Of a stretch of 64,000 nucleotides of DNA, positions 43,774 to 57,370 are shown in pieces. The notes beneath the pieces are model-generated. The model saw only the letters and a list, made by a program, of their open reading frames with translations, ran no database searches and was not told the DNA's origin. The stretch's first letter is position 1. The number at the start of each line of letters is the position of its first letter. Position numbers and translations under genes: made by a program. Source of the DNA: Geosiphon pyriformis uo1 (lineage: Eukaryota; Fungi; Glomeromycota); NCBI GenBank assembly GCA_016748015.1, contig JAAOMT010000480.1, positions 372,001 through 436,000 on the forward strand, in the 5' to 3' direction.

Positions 43774-44069
43774 AAAATTTGATTTAAAAAAATAAGCATT
43801 ATATAAATTTATAGAATTGGTATTTTATTACAAAAATCTATTAAAAAATTTTTAAAAAATGTTAAATTTCTTAATTACTTGGTTAAAAAAACCAAAAATA
43901 TTAATAAATTTTAATACAATAAAAAGCTTTTAAAATACTTAAAATAAAATTGACAACAGCTTTAATTCTTGTTTATTGTAATTTTAACAAAAAATTTTAA
44001 TTAATTATTAATATCTTTTATATAATATTTGGTACTATTTTATTATAATTAAATAATAAAAACAATAAT
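43774..44069. mobile_element. ~300-bp AT-rich insertion in the Gypsy-B1 coding region (SINE-like or 5'-truncated retroposon?)
   Basis: The flanks ATGTG(G)AAT | (G)ACATT are contiguous in the homologue at 60181-60195; A-rich 3' end. Confidence 0.5.
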
Positions 44070-44118
44070 AACATTTTTGGTCAAAGAGAAACATGTAATA
44101 CCTTGTGCCAATACATGA

Positions 44119-44947
44119 TGTTATAGGTGATTATTTGAAATCTTAAAGCAAATAACAAATCTGTAACTTGGTGCTTAATAGCTAATACAATTAGTAATAT
44201 CTAAAGGTTTTAGTTGATCTAAAAACTTTGATTAAGTCCTTGATATAATGGACAAAGATTTAATAGAGATTTCTTTTAGTGATGTCTCAAGTGTTAATTC
44301 TTAAGTTAATGTGTTTTATTGTCTATTACTTTTCAGAATCACAATTTTGTCAATTTTTTTTTTGGTGTAATGGCTGGCAATCTTCCTGGTAAGCTATTCT
44401 TAATTTTGAGTATTTACTCTTATTTCTAAATCTTTTACCAATGCTATATCCTAATGTTAGTATCTCCACATATTAATCAATTAATAAATAATAAAGACAA
44501 AATAAAAAGAAAAAAAGAAAAAAAAGAAAATAAAAGAAATAAAGAAAATTAAGTTAAAGCAATATAAAGTTAATATTTTGTCAATAGCTATGATCAAAAG
44601 TTATTGTTTTAGTGTAATCAAGTATTAGATTTTATTAACATAAAGCATTAATAGTGGGGAGAGTAATTTAGATAGTGAATAATTATTTATTGATTTTGAT
44701 GATTCTAACTAAGATGTTTTTAACTGAAAAATCTTAATATTGATTCTGTTTTTTCTGCTTCTAATGCTTTTGCTATATATACATAATTTGAATTCTATAA
44801 GATCACTCACATTTTTAAGCAATGTGCTATAATTTTTCAAGCAATACTCACATTGCTAAGCAATATGCTTATGTGTTAATTATTATTCTCCTATTGGTCT
44901 ATCTGTTTTTTTTACTATTTTTTTGTATGTTTTTTCTATAAGTAATA
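44119..44947 (-). repeat. Gypsy-B2 3' LTR
   Basis: Reverse-complement homologue of 39749-40608; preceded on the minus strand by purine tract AAAAGAAGAAGATAA. Confidence 0.88.
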
Positions 44948-45597
44948 TTATCTTCTTCTTTTAATATTGAGCTCTATTAAAATTTTTATTTTGAATTAGG
45001 TCTATAACTTTTCTTTTTAATATCATTTGTTCAACTCTGCTTCTTATATTGTTGATTTGCGAGTTGTTCATTTTCCCCTACTGGTTAATGGTTATTGTCT
45101 CCATGTCAGAGTATAGCAATATTTTTGGGTAGTTTTAAAATATTGTGTGTAATCAATAGATTGTTTTAATGTGTAATGTCAGATTTGTTTTTTTTTCTAA
45201 TAATGTCTTCAATATTTTTTATTATCTTTGGATTAAATATTCTTTTGGCTTTATTAAAATATAACTTCTAAATATTCAACTTTTGTCCCAACTGATAGTA
45301 GTAATATAGTATTGGAAGTTGTTCTATTTACTGTTTCTAATTTTCTTTTGAAAGTTCTTCTGTTAGAACCATGATAAGTATTTTTCCAAAAGTGTTCTTC
45401 ACTTTTTCTATAATTTTATCTGACTAGTTTCTTAGTTGGTTCTGTGGTTGCTAATATGGTGTACTTTTTTCTTTTTGCTTGGTGTTTTAATAGCAGATTG
45501 TTTGGTAGTTAATGGTAATTTCTATGTTCAATTGTTGTTGATTTAAGACCTGAAATAATTGTTGAGCTAAAATGTAGATATAATCTGGTATTTCTAT
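44948..45597 (-). pseudogene. Gypsy-B2 ORF3 homologue
   Basis: (M)EIPDYIYILAQQLFQVL...ILYYYYQLGQKL...TIY(R)LHTIF...INQ(W)GKM aligns by eye to Gypsy-A ORF3. Confidence 0.65.
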
Positions 45598-45699
45598 TTT
45601 TTTTGGTTTTTTTGTTACATATATTATGTTCTTATATACTCTTTTGGTCAATCAATTTGATGTATTTGAATCAATGATTATAATTAGTTACAAATCTCA

Positions 45700-47020
45700 T
45701 AAGATCTTATCTGGTTGGATTAGTATTTATTGTACTTCTAGTTGTAGAATATTATTAGTAGATAATAGTATTATATTGTGATATGGTTTTAGTTAATTAC
45801 TATGTGCTGCTTTGATTAAAATTTTGTTGTCTTATCTTAATTTATAAGTTTTATTTCTTAAAATTTTTTTTATGTAAAATGATCTGTTCTATTTGGAATC
45901 AAATTTTCTACTCCATTGTTTTTTTGCTTTAGTATAATATAAGAATACTTTGTCTCCAATTCTAAATTTAATTGGTTTATTTGATAATTGGTTATCATGT
46001 CATTCTTTTTGTTTTTCTTATAACTTTTAGATATTATCAACTGTTTTTTTTTATTTGTTTTCTAGAGTTTCCATTAAGTTATATGTTTTTTTCAACAATG
46101 TGTTTTGAAAATTGTTTTTTGTTATTGGTTCAGTTGGATATGTGTTAATTTTTATCTCAATTGATAATGTTGCTGTTCTATCATATACTAATTTGAATAA
46201 TGTTGTTTGTATAGTATCTTGCTTTATTGTCCAATAAGCAAATAGTACTGATAGTATAAACAAATCTCATTTATCTTGGTTTTCTTAACTGATTTTGGTA
46301 ATTGTTTTATACAATCTTCTGTAAACCATTTGTTTATGGATGATATAGTGATGATAATGGTCTTTTAATTCCAAATTTTTGACTTAATTCTGCCAATGTT
46401 TTGTTTACAAAATGGGTTTTTTGATCTGATAGCAATTTTTTTGGACATTTATATTAACAAATCAAATCTTAATAAACGAATTTGGCTATGGATTCTGCAT
46501 CTGCTTTTTGAATTGCTTTCATCTTTGGCCATTTTGTGAGATAGTTTATAACTATTGCTATATAACAATTGTCTTTACTGGTTATTGTTAATGGTTCAAC
46601 TAAGTTAATTCCAATTTTATCAAATGATTGTCTTATTTTAATTGGATTTAGTGGCTTACTGAATTTTGTTTCTTTTTTTTTTTGACAAGTATTACAATTT
46701 TACACATATTAGATGATGTCTGAATACATTGATGACCAATAATATCTTTTTCTGGTTCTTTTCATGATTGCTTCTTTATGAAAATATTTTGTTGTTGAAT
46801 CTAAGTATATATTGTATAGTATTGTTTTTTTTTCTGATTTTGTAATTACTTTAAGTTGTTGATCTGAATTTTTTCTGTTTTTCTAATATAGTATATTTTG
46901 GTCAGTGATAAAATATTTAGATTGTTGTTTTATATTGTTTTATTTCTTTTGAGATAATTTTTTCTTAAACTGTTAAGTATTAATATAATGCTAAGATTGT
47001 TGATATTTTTGTGTATTTAT
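45700..47020 (-). pseudogene. Gypsy-B2 integrase, separate ORF; 3' end approximate
   Basis: Start ATA (decayed ATG) at 47020, '(M)NTQKYQQ'; RNase H stop TAA at 47103-47105. Confidence 0.8.
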
Positions 47021-47091
47021 CTTTTGTTATATTTTTGAATATTTATCTTTTGTTATATTTTTGAATATTTATTTTTTGTTATATTTTTGAG
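47014..47091. repeat. 26-bp tandem repeat x3 in the RNase H-integrase spacer
   Basis: TATTTATCTTTTGTTATATTTTTGAA at 47014, 47040 and 47066 (third copy with 2 mismatches). Confidence 0.9.
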
Positions 47092-48141
47092 TTGAAATGT
47101 TTTTAGATTTGTTTTATTCTCAACAAACCATCAAAATTTCTGTTTTTTTTTCTCTTTTTATAATGTATGATATATTTGAATAGTAAAAGTTCTATTTTCT
47201 ATTTTACATAGTGGTTATTTCCAAATTCTTGTTTTTGAATTGATGTCAATCCTTTATAATCAATGTATATGTCAAATTTTTGGCTTAAATATTTTTTCTA
47301 TTTTATGATTGTCCAATAAATAGCTAAGTGTTCTAGTGCTGGTATTCTATAATTCCTTTCAACTGGACTTAAACTTTAACTGGCATATATTACTGGATGT
47401 TTTTTTCCATCTGGTTTTTTCTGTGATAATACTGCTTCCAATGTTTGGTTTAATGCATTAGTAATAATAATAAATAATTTGTTGTAATCTAAATAGATTA
47501 ATACTAGTGCTTGGATAAGCTTTTTTTTTAGCATATTGAAAGCTTTTTGTTGAGTTTTTGTCTATTCATATTTTACATTTTTGGCTTAGAGCTAGTTAAG
47601 TGATTGAGCTATTTTTGAAAAATTCTGAATAAAGTGGCAATAGTATCCAACAAATCCTAAGAATGCTCGTAGTTCTATTAAGTTGGTGAGTATTAGAAAA
47701 TTTTTGACTATCTCAATTTTGTCTGAATCTGTTTTGATTCTATTTTTGCCTATGACATGTTCTAGAAATTTCAATTTCATTTTGCCAAAAAAGCACTTGA
47801 TTGTATTTAGTTTCAATCTTGCTCTTTTCAATCTCTTAAACACTTGTTGAAGATGATGCAAATAATTATCAAATGTTTTTGAGAACACATTGGTGTTATT
47901 CAAATATATAACTACTGATTTTCATAGCAGTCTGGTATAAACAATTTTCATAAGCCATTAAAATATGACTGGAGTGTTGATTAAGCCAAATGGCATAACT
48001 TTAAATTTAAAATTTTTTTCTTTGGTAGTGAATGTGGTTTTTTTTTTGTTAGTTGAATTTATGGCTACTTGTCAATAAACACTATTCAAGTCTAATGTGA
48101 AGAACTATTTCTTTTCTTCAAAAGCATTAAATAATTCCTGA

Positions 48142-49091
48142 TGTTACCGAAGATTTTTGGTTTCTTTTCTTAAATGTTGGTAATGTTGATTTGCTGTGAA
48201 TTCACGTTCTCAGGAAGTAGTTAAACCTCCAATAACTGAATTTATCTTCAAATTATCTCCTATAATTTGAACTGCTGGGCTTATAAGTGGAATGGCCAAT
48301 TCTGTGCCAGTTACTTTATGTAGTTATGTTGTAGTAAATGTCAACTCTTTCCCAAAGATTGCTTGTCTGGAAGCTCACTAAAATGTGTAGTTACTTTGCT
48401 GTGAAAGTCAACTCTTTTACAGAAATTTCATCTGTAGGCTACCTTAATGATTGTAATAAGAAAATACAAAAAAATAAAAGAAATGTAAAAGAAATAGGAT
48501 TTTATCAAGGGAAATGTTTTCTATCCAGGCCTGGAGTCACTAACAGTTTACTAAAATTGGTAGCTAATCAATTTTGAAATGTTAGTTGGGTTTTGGGGAT
48601 TTTCCAAGTACAATAATTAAAGAATTTGGTTTTTTTGAATTATTTGATATTTATTTCTTTTTGTGTGTGTAGAAATGATTCTAAGTGATAAATCTAAAGT
48701 AAGATACATTTTCTTGAAGAAAAAAGCTCTTCTTTTATACAACTTGTTGTAGTACTAGTCTATGAACTTGCACTTTTTCTCTTTGCTCAATTTTTGGTAA
48801 ATTAAAGATACATTTTGATAAACTACAAGTTATTTCACTGAACTATTGATTAATTTGGGTGAACTATTCATAATTTTGGCGAATTTTTGAATATTACAAA
48901 GTTCAAAGTATTGTGTAATTTGATCATCCTACTTTCTGTTATACTAATTAAATTATTTTGATTGAATCGTGATATGTGATAATTGATTAAATAATAAATG
49001 ATAATTTGAAATGATATTAATATACTAATTAATTATAGGAATTATAAGAGTAATTTCATGCTAATTAATAGCTAAAATTCTACTGATAACA
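48142..49091 (-). mobile_element. Solo LTR of the Gypsy-A family inserted in Gypsy-B2 RT; TSD CTGA
   Basis: Homologous to 23752-24729; CTGA at 48138-48141 and 49092-49095; RT reads DSYSIP(R)IQ|ELFNAF across it. Confidence 0.92.
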
Positions 49092-52000
49092 CTGAATTCA
49101 TGGAATAGAATAGCTGTCTTTACAAATTACACTATTAAGTTTTCTATAATCTACACAAAAACAAATTTTTTTATTCTTCTTATAAACTAGTAATGACAAC
49201 CATAAACTCATTAATAGTTGAATTAATCTATTATCTAATATTCTATTGATTTCTTGGCTGGCTAATAGCATTTGGTATGCTCTCTGTTTAATTGGCATTA
49301 TATTTCCAGTTTTGATCTGATACTGAATGATATCAGTTTGGCCAAATTTGTTTTTACTGGCAAAAATATCAGTAAACTTGTTAAATAACATTTTGAGTTG
49401 CATTTGTTGAAGTGGGTCTAAGTTTCCCAAATTTATTTGTTCCAATTGTTTTGGTTGGAGCAAATAACATTCTTTTTATTTGTATATTGTTTGTGATATA
49501 ATATCTACATATTCATACAGTTGTGAAAAATCTGAAATGGTTTTTGGTGGTTGGTCTTTAACTTTGGTGCTTAAATATCCAATAGTAATTCCTTTTGGTA
49601 TTTTAATAATCTCTTTCATTGTATTGTAGATAAAAATTTTGATGTGTTTAGGGCTTTTGACTGGTAAGTAAAAATTGGTGAGTTCAATTTTTCTTGATTT
49701 ACAAATTGTAGTTGCTACTTCGAAAATATGAGCTTGATCTTTTACTTTCCTTTCTATAATTAACATGTACTGGTCATATAATAGAATGGAAATTGATTAA
49801 TAGGTAAAGATAATTTCTTCTTTGTCAATAACTTTTTCTTCTGCCATATTAACTGATATGTTTATTCTATCTGTGAATCCAAATTCACTAATTCCTCTTG
49901 CTGTTATTTCTAATTCCTCTCTATTTCTCACTGATACTAGCTGAGTTATTTTAACCAGAAGTAGAAATATTGTTTGTGCTATTTTTTTATTTGGTTCAAT
50001 AATATATTTTTTTTCCAAGTCATTTTGTAGCATTGCAATAATATTTCTTATATATCCTGTGTCAATTATTTCTTTTCTTATATTGATTTTTTTTTTGCTA
50101 AACTATTCCTAAATACTAATTAAACTATTGTCATTGCTAGAATTTCTAGTACTACTTTCAGATCAATGTATATACACAAATGTGGTTCCAATTTAATGGC
50201 ATTTTTTTTAAAATATCTTAAATCAAACTCTGTATTAGTATTATGTATGTATTCTGATATAATATTTTCATCATTATTACTGGACCATTTTAGTTTCTGC
50301 TCTTTGAAAAGATCAGAAAGCACAATGTATTATTCAGGGTTATAATTGGAATTTAAATTGTTGTTATTGTTATTGCCATTTAAAATTAAGCCAGAACTAT
50401 TGTTTTTATTATTATCATTAGAGTTTGAATCAGAATTGAATTTCAATTCTGATTCTGATGCACAGCTGCTAATTGGTTTTTTTTTGGGATCATGTAGATT
50501 ATGTGTGATGGTGGATTGTAAATAAGATCATAATTATTACAATACTTGAAGTCATATGGTATTAAACAATAGTCACATAGTCAGGTGTTTAGCTCTTTTA
50601 AATGTTGTTTTTGCTCTTTTTGTGTAGATACCAAGTTTTAATAGTGTTTATGGAACTGCTCTGGATTATTTTCAATGTTGTTAAAGATGTTAAAAGTAAG
50701 GATATATTTTGGTTTGAGTAGTGAAAGTAAATTGTTTTTAATTTTTAGTAGTTTATTGGTCAAAGCACCTTTAATCTTGACACTTGTCATTCTCTATATC
50801 TTGTGTTTATTATGTGGGTATTTTTCTAAGCATTATAGTGCTCATTTTCAGGCATTGTTAATTAGAGTCTTTTTTTATATCCAATCATTGATTAGAATTA
50901 TGTACTAACATATTTTGTCATATTTTTCTTTGTTCAAGAATGTTGTTTCATATTTCTTTGTCAGAAAAAATTGTTCCATATGTAAAACAAGGCTCATTGT
51001 CCCATTTTTTTTGTTTTTTTGGTTGTCTAAAATGTTTTAAGATGTATAGATGGTAGTAATATTTGATAGTCATTGGTCATTTCTCATTGTTGTTACAATA
51101 TGCATCTATTGTTGACAATTTTTTGCTGCAATTGATGCAAATTAATTTTGGTCGATAATAGTTTGACTGATATTAAGTAGTAGTGCTGTATAGAGTATAT
51201 GTAAAGATAGTTATTTGGATTTTTTCTTTTTCTTTTTTTTTCTCTTTTTTTTTTTTCTTATGTAGGTATTGGTGGTAATTTATTGTGTTTTTCTTTGGCC
51301 CATGATATCTGATACATTTTCCAGGTAGATTTTTCTCTTTTTTCTTCTAACTTGATTAGTGGCTGTTTATTGGTGGTAGTCTTGAAATAACCACAAGTGG
51401 CTGGTACTCAAGTATATTAGCCATTTTGACTAAGTTGTAGCTCCTGGGTGTTTCAGTCAAATACTGTATTGGTTTTGAACAGCCAGTCATTACCAACAAG
51501 AGCTTAATACTGAATGGCTTTCATTACCAACATGTTAATGGACATAATAATGCTGTTAACTTCAAAAGAAAAGTTGTTGATTTCGTCAATTAGAGTTTTT
51601 GTTGCTTTATTAGCCATTATTATTTTGGTATTAGCAATACAATTCACTTGGTGACTTAATTGGTCTATAAGTTGCTTAGTAATAATACTGTTTGTTAAAC
51701 TGTTATCAAGAATTAGTTTAATAGGGTGGCCATCAACTTTTGTATCAGTATATATGATGGTAATTGGTTTGACATTAAGAATGGCTCTACTAAATAAGTG
51801 TGTTATTGTTGGCTCTTCAAGTTCAAAGAAAAAGATGGCTTCTAGTAATTTGTTTTCGGTAATGATGGCTGAAGGTATGTTATTGGTAAGTAGTTGAATT
51901 TGATTGGATTTCTGTTCACTGAGTTTGGTATCTTTTAGGATAACTAAAAGACTTAAATAATTCTAAGAATTTGGGTTTTGAGCATATTCAGTTTCTGAAT

Positions 52001-52937
52001 TCCACTGGTATAATTCTGATGATTGGTTTGAGAAACTAGAAATTAGTTGATGTATTACTATTGCCGATTTCCAGTTTTGTTGGATGTGTGTAATTTTCAG
52101 TCTTTGAGTTCTAGATAACATTTAAGCTAAATTTAGTAGTGGTGTTTGAATTGGTTTGGGTTGATAGATTATTTGCAACTGTAGCTAATATATTATGGGT
52201 GTTAGAGTTTGATATATTGGAAGTAAGTATATTGGTTGTTGTATCATTTATGAGTAATAAAGTTGATATTGATCTTAATTTGGAGAATAACTTGGAGTTT
52301 AAAACTAGTAATTGGGATTTCAATATTAATTTTCCAATTATGAGTTACCATTATAATAACAGTTAATTCTAATGTAACCTTATTTACTACAATTATGGCA
52401 GATACATGTTTTTGACTGCCATAGTTGATTGGTTGATGATAAAGAATGTGACTGATTTTAGAAATAATTTGAGTTTTCTTGATTATTTCATTATTGTAAA
52501 GATTAATAAATGGCCTAATTATTAGCTAAGTTTCCTTCCAATTTCTGATTGATTGAATCACTAAATTGTTTTAATTTGAACTCCAATTCAGATGATTCAT
52601 TCATTACTAAATTTACAGCTTGGATGTGGTTGGCTTCTAACTTTGCTAATTCAAAATCTTAGACATGTGTAACTGCATCTTAGAGTGTATTTGGATGTAT
52701 TAGACATACTCTCTGTAACAAGCTGCTGCACAATCTGTGGATGAACTGATTCAGAATCTGTGGTGCTGTAAAGTAGTCAGCTTTAATGGCTTGTATTTGG
52801 CACAGATTTTTGTGGAAGCATCCTAAGTAAGTAGTGACTATTTTAGTATTATCTTATTTGATTGTAGTGAAACTATCAGCTAGGCAGTTAATACTATTAT
52901 TATTACTAAAATGCTATAGAAACGTGGTTTTAAATAC

Positions 52938-55009
52938 TGTTACTTATAGAATATAGGAAATATATTAGCATATAAATTAACCAATCAGAAGTAGACATAG
53001 TAAATATAAAATTCCAGGATTCCTTTTAAGAAGAATTACAAGATTCCAGGAATTTCAGGATTCTCATATGAAAAATTGCAGAATTCCAGAATTTCAGGAT
53101 TTTTTTCAAGAGGAATTGTAGAATTCTTAATGTAAAGAATCAAGAAATTGAGGAATTTCAATTATGTATATATAACAGTAGTGTTAGAAGTAGAAAAAAC
53201 AAATTTTTTAGTTTAAATTTTATCTAAGCAATCTTCCACAAACACAAATATTAATAAAATAATTATTTACCATCTTCACTAAATTAACATTTAATGTTGA
53301 TAGTAATCTGTACTTAACTATATTGAAACAATAGCTTTTGATCATGGCTATTGACAGGATACTAACATGCAAATTGTTTTGGCTTACTTTTTTATATTTT
53401 GTATTTTTTTTTGTTTTATTTTCTTGTTTTGCTAACTTGATTAAAAGAATTCATATGTAAAGATACTAATGTCAGAATATAATACTGATAAAAGACCCAG
53501 AAATAAGAATAGACATTCAGAATTGAAAATATTTTACCAGAAGGATTACCAGCCATCATGCTAAGAAAAAAATTGACAAAACTGCAGTTTTGGGAAGCTA
53601 TAAATAAACAATCAATTGAATCTCTGTTCATTATACAAAGAACTTAACCAAAATCTTCAGATATAACAATCTTCAGAAACCAATATCCTTATACCAATTG
53701 AACATCAAGTTATGGGTTTGTTATTTGCTTTGAGACCCCAAATAATTATCTGTAACATTTGGTGCTTCCTATGAGGTATAATTCTAAAGAGAACTTGCAC
53801 TAACAACAATTATCCAAAAGTAACAGAATCAGAAATAATAGGGACAAACTATTTAGGATTTGTTAAATCTCTATTTCAACAGTACAGCCAACAATTGGGC
53901 TTAACCAACAACTATTATTTAGCAAAATTAGTCTTCAACTTTTACATCAACAAAAGAATCACAAATTTTTTGAGAAGACCAGTTAACATTGAATCAGCAA
54001 GAGAAAATTTCTATACAGAATTAATCCAACACATTAGCTTACTACAAAATTACAGTTTTACACCAATCATCAGAGAAATTAATCAAGAAATTGAAAGATA
54101 TACACAACAACAATTCCCCATTATCTATGCAAATAAAGGCAAAGGAAAGTTACAAACACTAGCAGCAACTCTAAAAGAAATACAATTACCAACATGAAAG
54201 AAACAAAAAATTAAATCTTCACTATATCCATTATATCATCACACACTCAGAAGTACCATCAATATCACATTAGCAGATGCATCTACATCAAACATGACAT
54301 CAACATTTGGATGACTATTATTTCAAAATAAACAAAAAAAAGCAGAATTATTAGGAACCTACAGCAATTACTTCGAAAAATTTAAATTGTGATTGCTAAT
54401 ACCATTAGAATTCCAATTACTACCATCTCCACCAGATTTCGGAACTGCAGGTCCTTGGGAGATAATGGCATCAAAAAAAAAGAAAAAAGAGGGTCAAGAA
54501 TTTAATTATCAATATCCAAATATAAAAAATCCAGAAGTGGAAACTCCAAATATTTAAACTCAGCAAACTCAAAACAATTCAAATCCCAAGTTAATTAATC
54601 AGCAAAACTTACCTCCAAAAATCATTATTAATCCACAACCAATTGATCCAATTGCTGAACAACTTCAACAGTTGTCAATACTACCTCAGCAATTACTACT
54701 TCAATCACCACAACAACCAAACTTAGATCCAATGGCCTACACCCCAATAGCAAAACTCAAAGAATTCACTGGCAAAGAGGATGATGCCCAAGTATGACTA
54801 AATGATATGGAAAAAGTCATCACAGCCAATAAATAAAATGATGTATAAACCATACAGACCATTCCATACTTCTTACAGGATACTACCAACTCATAGTATC
54901 AGAGCTTGGTTAACAAACCTCAAGATTTTAACATATTCAAGCTTGAGTTTTTGAGATATTTTAGCAATAATAACAGTATTAATTGCTTAGCCAATACATT
55001 CACTATCAT
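52938..55009 (+). mobile_element. Gypsy-C1: 5' LTR (52938-53757), PBS and partial gag; inserted in B2 gag, interrupted by C2
   Basis: TGTTACTTATAG...TGTAACA; PBS TGGTGCTTCCTATGAGG at 53760; gag up to ...LANTFTI. Confidence 0.88.
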
Positions 55010-56407
55010 TGTTACTTATAGAAATATAGAAAATATAGTAGCATGATTATTAGCCAATCAGAAGTAGACATAGTAAATGTGGAATTCCAGGATTTCTCTT
55101 AGGAATTGCAGGATTCTAGGAATTACAGGATTCTCACACAAAGAATTGCAGAATTGCAGAATTCCAAGATTCTTCTCAAAGAAATTGCAGAATTCCAAGA
55201 ATTCCAGGATTTCTGTCATGAAGAATCGAGGAATTGAGGAATCTCAATTATGTATATATAGTAGTAGCATTAGAAGCTGAAAAGGGAGATCCAGTTTAGA
55301 TTTAATCTAAGCAATCTTCCAGTTCCCAATTATTAAATAAATAATTATTTTATATCTCAATTCATTCTCCACTATCAACACTTCATGTTGATAGTAATTG
55401 ATACTTAACCATGCTGGAACAATAGCTCTTGATCACGGCTATTGATGGGATACTAACTTACCAAATTGTCTTGGCTTATTTTCATTATTGTTATTTTCTT
55501 TATTTTATTTATTTATTTCTTTGATTTTGTTGTGCATACTAATTGATTGAGAATTAAAAGTGCTGAGTTATTGACATCACAGATAGCCTGGTAAAAGACC
55601 CAGAAATAAGGGTAGATTTATATATATTATCAGTTAGCTTACCAGAAGAGCATGACTGCCATAATAAATCTGACCACCAAGCTGAGAAAGAAATTGGGAA
55701 ACAACTAACAACAAATGACAAATTGCCACACTATTGAATCTCTGTCCATTATACAAAGAACTCCATCAAAACCTTTAGATACAACACTTTCAGAATATCA
55801 TCGACGGAAATAGCTTTTGAGCACCAAGTTATGGGTTTGTTATTTGATTTGAGACCCCAAATATTCAATCATAACATTTGGTACTCCCTGTGAAATATAA
55901 TCCTACAGAGAACCAGCACCAACAACACCAAATCAAAAGTGGCAGAATCAGAAATAATAGAGACAAACCATTTAAGATTCGCAAAATTTTTATTTCAACA
56001 GTACAGCCAGCAGCTAGGCCTAAACAACAACTATTACCCAGCAGAATCAGCTTTCAATTTCTATGTCAATGAAAAAATTTTCTCTTTGTTAGAAACACCA
56101 GTGAATATTGAATCAGCAAGAGAAACTTTCTATAGAGAATTAATTCAAAACACCAACTTACCAACAAATCATAATTTTGCATCCATCATCACCAAAATCA
56201 ACAAAGAAATTGAACATCCCACCCAACAAAAATATCTAATTACATACACTAATAAAAGCAAAGAAAAACTACAAACACCAGCAGTAACACCCAGAAAGAT
56301 ACAACTATCTACTTAGAAGAAAAACAGAATTGAATCCCCAAGCAATCCATCTTACCATTATACACCCAGAAGTGCCATCAACATATCATCAACAGACACA
56401 TCCCCAT

Positions 56408-57370
56408 TGTTACCAGACGAAATTAGAGATATTATTTAGCATGAAATTATTTTATAATTCCTATCATTAATTAGCATATATTATCGTTTTAAATGATCAC
56501 TTATTATATTAGCAAAAATGTCCGAAATTATCATTTAATTAATAACCCAAATTGTACACAACACCAATGTAACCTAATTGCGATGATCAATCATGCAATA
56601 CCCTGAACTATGTAACATTCAAAAGGTTCGCCGAAATTTGTAGAAATTTGCCAAAATAATTGATAGTTCACCAAAATATCTAATAGTTTGCCGAAATGTA
56701 TCTTTAGTTCAGCGAAATTGTAGAAAATAGCAAAGTTCAAGTTCATAAAATAGTGTTATGACAAGTTGTATAAAAGAAGAGCTTCTCTCTTCGAGAAAAT
56801 GTATCTTACTTTAGATTTATTTCTTAAAACTGTTCCTATACACACAAAAAGAAATAAATATCAAATAATTCGAAAAACCAAATTCTTTAATTATTGTACT
56901 TGGAAAATCCCCAAAACCCAACTAACATTTCGAAATTGATTAGCTACCAATTTCAGTAAACTGTTAGTGACTCCAGGCCTGGATAGAAAACGTTTCCTTT
57001 GATAAGATCCTATTTCTTTTACACTTCTTTTATTTTTCTTTCTTTTCTTATTACAATCATTAGGGTAGTCTACAGACGAGATTCCTGTAGAAGAGTTGAC
57101 TTTCACAGCAAAGTAACTACACATTTTTTTTAGTGAGCTTCCAGACAAGCAATTCCTGGGAAAGAGTTGACATTTACTACAATGTAACTACATAAAGCAA
57201 CTGGCATGGAATTGGCCATTCCACTCATAAGCCCAGCAAGTTCAAATTATAGGAGATAATTTGAAGATAAATTCAGTTACTGGAGATTCAACCACATCCA
57301 GAAAACGTGAATTCACAGCAAATAAGTATCAACAACATTACAGAAAAGAGACCAAAAACCTCCGGTAATA
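56408..57370 (+). mobile_element. Solo LTR of the Gypsy-A family in C2 gag; TSD CCAT
   Basis: TGTTACCAGAC...CCGGTAATA; CCAT at 56404-56407 and 57371-57374; the gag frame is restored on removal. Confidence 0.92.

Larger units (their letters stand above)
39749..44118 (+). mobile_element. Gypsy-B1: 5' LTR, PBS, gag, protease and start of the Cys-rich block; interrupted by Gypsy-B2
   Basis: LTR 39749-40608; PBS TGGTGCTTTCTGTAAGG at 40611; gag 'KPQDFNMFKLEFLRYFSNNN'; CHNCGK knuckle; CKDC block. Confidence 0.88.
44119..52937 (-). mobile_element. Gypsy-B2: 3' LTR, ORF3, integrase, RNase H/RT, dUTPase, protease and part of gag; interrupted by a solo LTR and by Gypsy-C1
   Basis: LTR 44119-44947; PPT 44948-44962; ORF fragments 46051-46263 (IN), 47592-47903 and 49098-49463 (RT), 49797-50323 (dUTPase). 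Confidence 0.9.

Noticed and set aside
39749-44947. A DIRS-like or TIR element bounded by long inverted repeats (39749-40608 and 44119-44947)
   Set aside because: These are LTRs of two separate elements in opposite orientation: one is followed by a PBS, the other adjoins a PPT and its own integrase.
48338-48577. Antisense ORF in A-family LTRs (also 56891-57148)
   Set aside because: The frame is broken by A-run length changes in both LTRs of the full-length copy; similarity only reflects LTR homology.
55078-55280. CRISPR-like array or repetitive ORF (MWNSRIS...)
   Set aside because: Degenerate 9-bp tandem units inside an LTR; no unique spacers, no cas genes, eukaryotic context.
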